Both the position numbers and the translations under genes were made by a program. A stretch of 64,000 nucleotides of DNA, taken from IMG/VR virus record IMGVR_UViG_2597490183_000004, positions 20,843 to 84,842 of that record, one strand, 5' to 3'. Position 1 is the stretch's first letter. Each line of letters begins with the position of its first letter. The notes beneath the pieces were generated by a model. It saw only the letters and a program-made list of their open reading frames with translations, did no database searches and had not been told where the DNA came from. Origin of the DNA: a virus. Lineage: Duplodnaviria > Caudoviricetes. This document shows positions 62,090 to 64,000 of the stretch, piece after piece.

Positions 62090-63301
62090 GTGGACGCCCC
62101 GAACGGAGCCAGCATGCCACCCACCACCGCAGCCCAGGTAGGCCAACGCATCGCCTACTACCGCCGCGTCGCCCGCCCCCGCATGACACAACAGCAGCTG
62201 GCTACCGCATCATTCGTGTCGCTCGGCACGATCCGGAAGATCGAACGAGGGGAGCGCGGCGTCAGCGACGAGACCCTCGACAGCATCGCCGCCGCCCTCG
62301 GCATCGACCCCTCCCGGCTGGTCGCCGACCGCGAGCACGTCTCCACCCGCATCCGGGACGCCCTGCCTGCTCTGTCTGCGGCGATCGCCACCTACGATCT
62401 CCCGGACGACGGCCCCGTCCGCCCACTGCCCGAGCTCGCCGCCGCGGTCGCGCAAACCACCGCGTGGCGGCTGTCCGCCCAGTACCTGCAGATCGCCCGC
62501 ACCATCCCCGACCTCCTCGGGGAACTCGCACGCGCCACCGCCGCCGCCCCACCCGGCGACGCCCAGGAAGTCGCCCAACTCCTTGTCACCGCCTGCCGGT
62601 CCGCCGACGCCGTCGCCTACAAGTACGGGGCCCGCGACCTGTCCGCCCGGCTCATCGAGCTGATGCGGTGGGCGGCACCAGGCGCCCACGACCCGCTGGT
62701 CACGGCCACCGTCGGATACGTCCGCACCGAGACGTTCTTCGCCGCCCACGCCCACGCGGCCGGGCTCCGCGCCCTGGAACAGACCCTCGACACCTGCCCC
62801 GCCCCCACCTGCCCGCAGACCGTCGCCGCCCGGGGCGCCCTCCACATGCGGGCTGCGGTCATCGCCGGACGCGCCGGCCAAGGGGATGCGGCTGACGAGC
62901 ACCTCGACGAAGCCCGGATCCTCGGCGACCTCGTCCGGGAGGACATCTACCAGGGCACTGCGTTCGGCCCGGATTCCGTCCGCATCCACGAAGTGTCCGT
63001 CGCGGTCAGCCTCGGCGACGACCACGTGAGCCGGGCCTTCGACGTCGCCCGCGAATGGGCGCCACCCGTTGGCATGCCCGCGGAACGCCGCTCCGGGTTC
63101 TACGTGGAGCTCGCCCGCGCCCAGCTGTGGGGCGGCATGGCGGACGACGCGTTCGAGTCGTTGAAGGTGGCACGCAGGATCGCCCCGCAGCACACCCGCG
63201 AACACCCGTGGGTGAGGGAGGACGCGGCGACGCTGCGCCGGCTGAAGCGGGCGGACGCTGAGAGCCTGACGAACTTCGCCGAGTGGTGCCACGCCGACTA
63301 G
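62090..63301 (+). CDS. XRE-family regulator with long helical C-terminal domain
   Basis: MTQQQLA....VS..TIRKIERGER; T.FGP..V..H.V..A; R.APQ..R.HP.VR. Confidence 0.85.
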   Translation: MDAPNGASMPPTTAAQVGQRIAYYRRVARPRMTQQQLATASFVSLGTIRKIERGERGVSDETLDSIAAALGIDPSRLVADREHVSTRIRDALPALSAAIATYDLPDDGPVRPLPELAAAVAQTTAWRLSAQYLQIARTIPDLLGELARATAAAPPGDAQEVAQLLVTACRSADAVAYKYGARDLSARLIELMRWAAPGAHDPLVTATVGYVRTETFFAAHAHAAGLRALEQTLDTCPAPTCPQTVAARGALHMRAAVIAGRAGQGDAADEHLDEARILGDLVREDIYQGTAFGPDSVRIHEVSVAVSLGDDHVSRAFDVAREWAPPVGMPAERRSGFYVELARAQLWGGMADDAFESLKVARRIAPQHTREHPWVREDAATLRRLKRADAESLTNFAEWCHAD

Positions 63302-63312
63302 GCACCCCTGCG

Positions 63313-63331
63313 GTACCCCTCACGGGGGTAC
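63313..63331. promoter_or_regulatory. palindromic putative operator
   Basis: GTACCCC-TCACG-GGGGTAC between XRE gene and downstream zinc-finger genes. Confidence 0.45.
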
Positions 63332-63383
63332 TTGTGGCCCTTGCGGCACCTGATGATCTGTCCTGTCAGCAGCAAACGGGCAG

Positions 63384-63590
63384 ATGGGAACCGCCATGAG
63401 ACCGCAAGCCCCCGCACCCGCCGACGTCGCCGCCCAGCCGCCGTTCGCACGATTACACGGCCTCGCGTGCTGGCACTGCGGCGCCGTCACCACGCCCCTT
63501 ACACCGGCCGGCGAGGTCACCCTCGACGACGACGGCAAGGTCTGGTCGGTCGTCGCCTGCGAGGTGCATGAGGGGAGGCCGCTGTTGTGA
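63384..63590 (+). CDS. small zinc-finger protein
   Basis: RL.G.ACWHCG...AC..H. Confidence 0.65.
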   Translation: MGTAMRPQAPAPADVAAQPPFARLHGLACWHCGAVTTPLTPAGEVTLDDDGKVWSVVACEVHEGRPLL

Positions 63591-64000
63591 CTGCCAGAGC
63601 GTTACCAGCGGTCACTACCCTGACCGAGGCCCAGCAGCGCGGCTGGGAATGCGTCTGGTGCCATGCCGCCCTCGGTATCGGACTCGGCGACGACCTCGGC
63701 GAGCAGCGCGCGCGACCACTACGCGGCGCGGCCTACAGCTGGTTCCCGAGGCAGTGCGCTGGCGTAGGGGCGTGCCAGACCCGGCAGGCCGAGGCGATGG
63801 TTGCCGACCACCCCGAACGCCAGCTGCCGACCCTGGCCGAGCTGACGTGGGACCAGGCTGCGGGCCGGGCCTGTGTGTGGTGCAAGAAGCTCCTCGACCG
63901 CGGTGCCGTGTCGGCCGGGGTGATCCGGGAGCGGGACGGGGCGCACGTGCTGGACACCGAGGTGTGGGCCGGGCCGTGCTGCACCGGAGCCGAGGCGTGA
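63587..64000 (+). CDS. tandem zinc-finger protein
   Basis: two L..LT..Q..G..CVWC repeats. Confidence 0.7.
   Translation: MTARALPAVTTLTEAQQRGWECVWCHAALGIGLGDDLGEQRARPLRGAAYSWFPRQCAGVGACQTRQAEAMVADHPERQLPTLAELTWDQAAGRACVWCKKLLDRGAVSAGVIRERDGAHVLDTEVWAGPCCTGAEA

Larger units (their letters stand above)
1..64000. mobile_element. temperate siphovirus / phage-plasmid-like element with conjugation module (boundaries not resolved)
   Basis: near-complete virion and lysis gene set plus traB/gntR/xis; no housekeeping genes anywhere in the window. Confidence 0.75.

Overview
High-GC actinobacterial DNA (gene content typical of Streptomyces) consisting almost entirely of one composite mobile element. It carries a near-complete siphovirus morphogenesis set: portal, TerL, TerS and MuF on the minus strand (21.4-25.7 kb), divergent from scaffold, capsid, tail, a -1 frameshifted chaperone, a tape measure with M23 and transglycosylase domains, and minor tails (25.9-42.9 kb), plus an amidase/holin lysis cassette (46.3-48.8 kb). 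This sits next to a Streptomyces-type conjugation module: KorSA-like GntR repressor with palindromic operators, Xis, Spd-like membrane protein, TraB/FtsK translocase and clt-like repeats (7.5-16 kb). Accessory cargo includes a HicA toxin with an unusual antitoxin, a TRADD-N-associated membrane protein facing a proteasome-like Ntn protease, GIY-YIG and HNH nucleases, DUF262, two paralogous GDPD proteins, PASTA/lipoproteins, a resolvase plus zinc-ribbon nuclease cassette, a LexA-box-preceded DUF6233/ATP-dependent ligase pair, and two disrupted genes. The most striking unannotated signal is a promoter-driven, ORF-free, heavily base-paired ~300-nt candidate ncRNA at ~6615-6920; a second candidate lies at ~60760-61080. 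No integrase or replicase was recognised in the window. All family calls come from motif recognition by eye, not from database searches.
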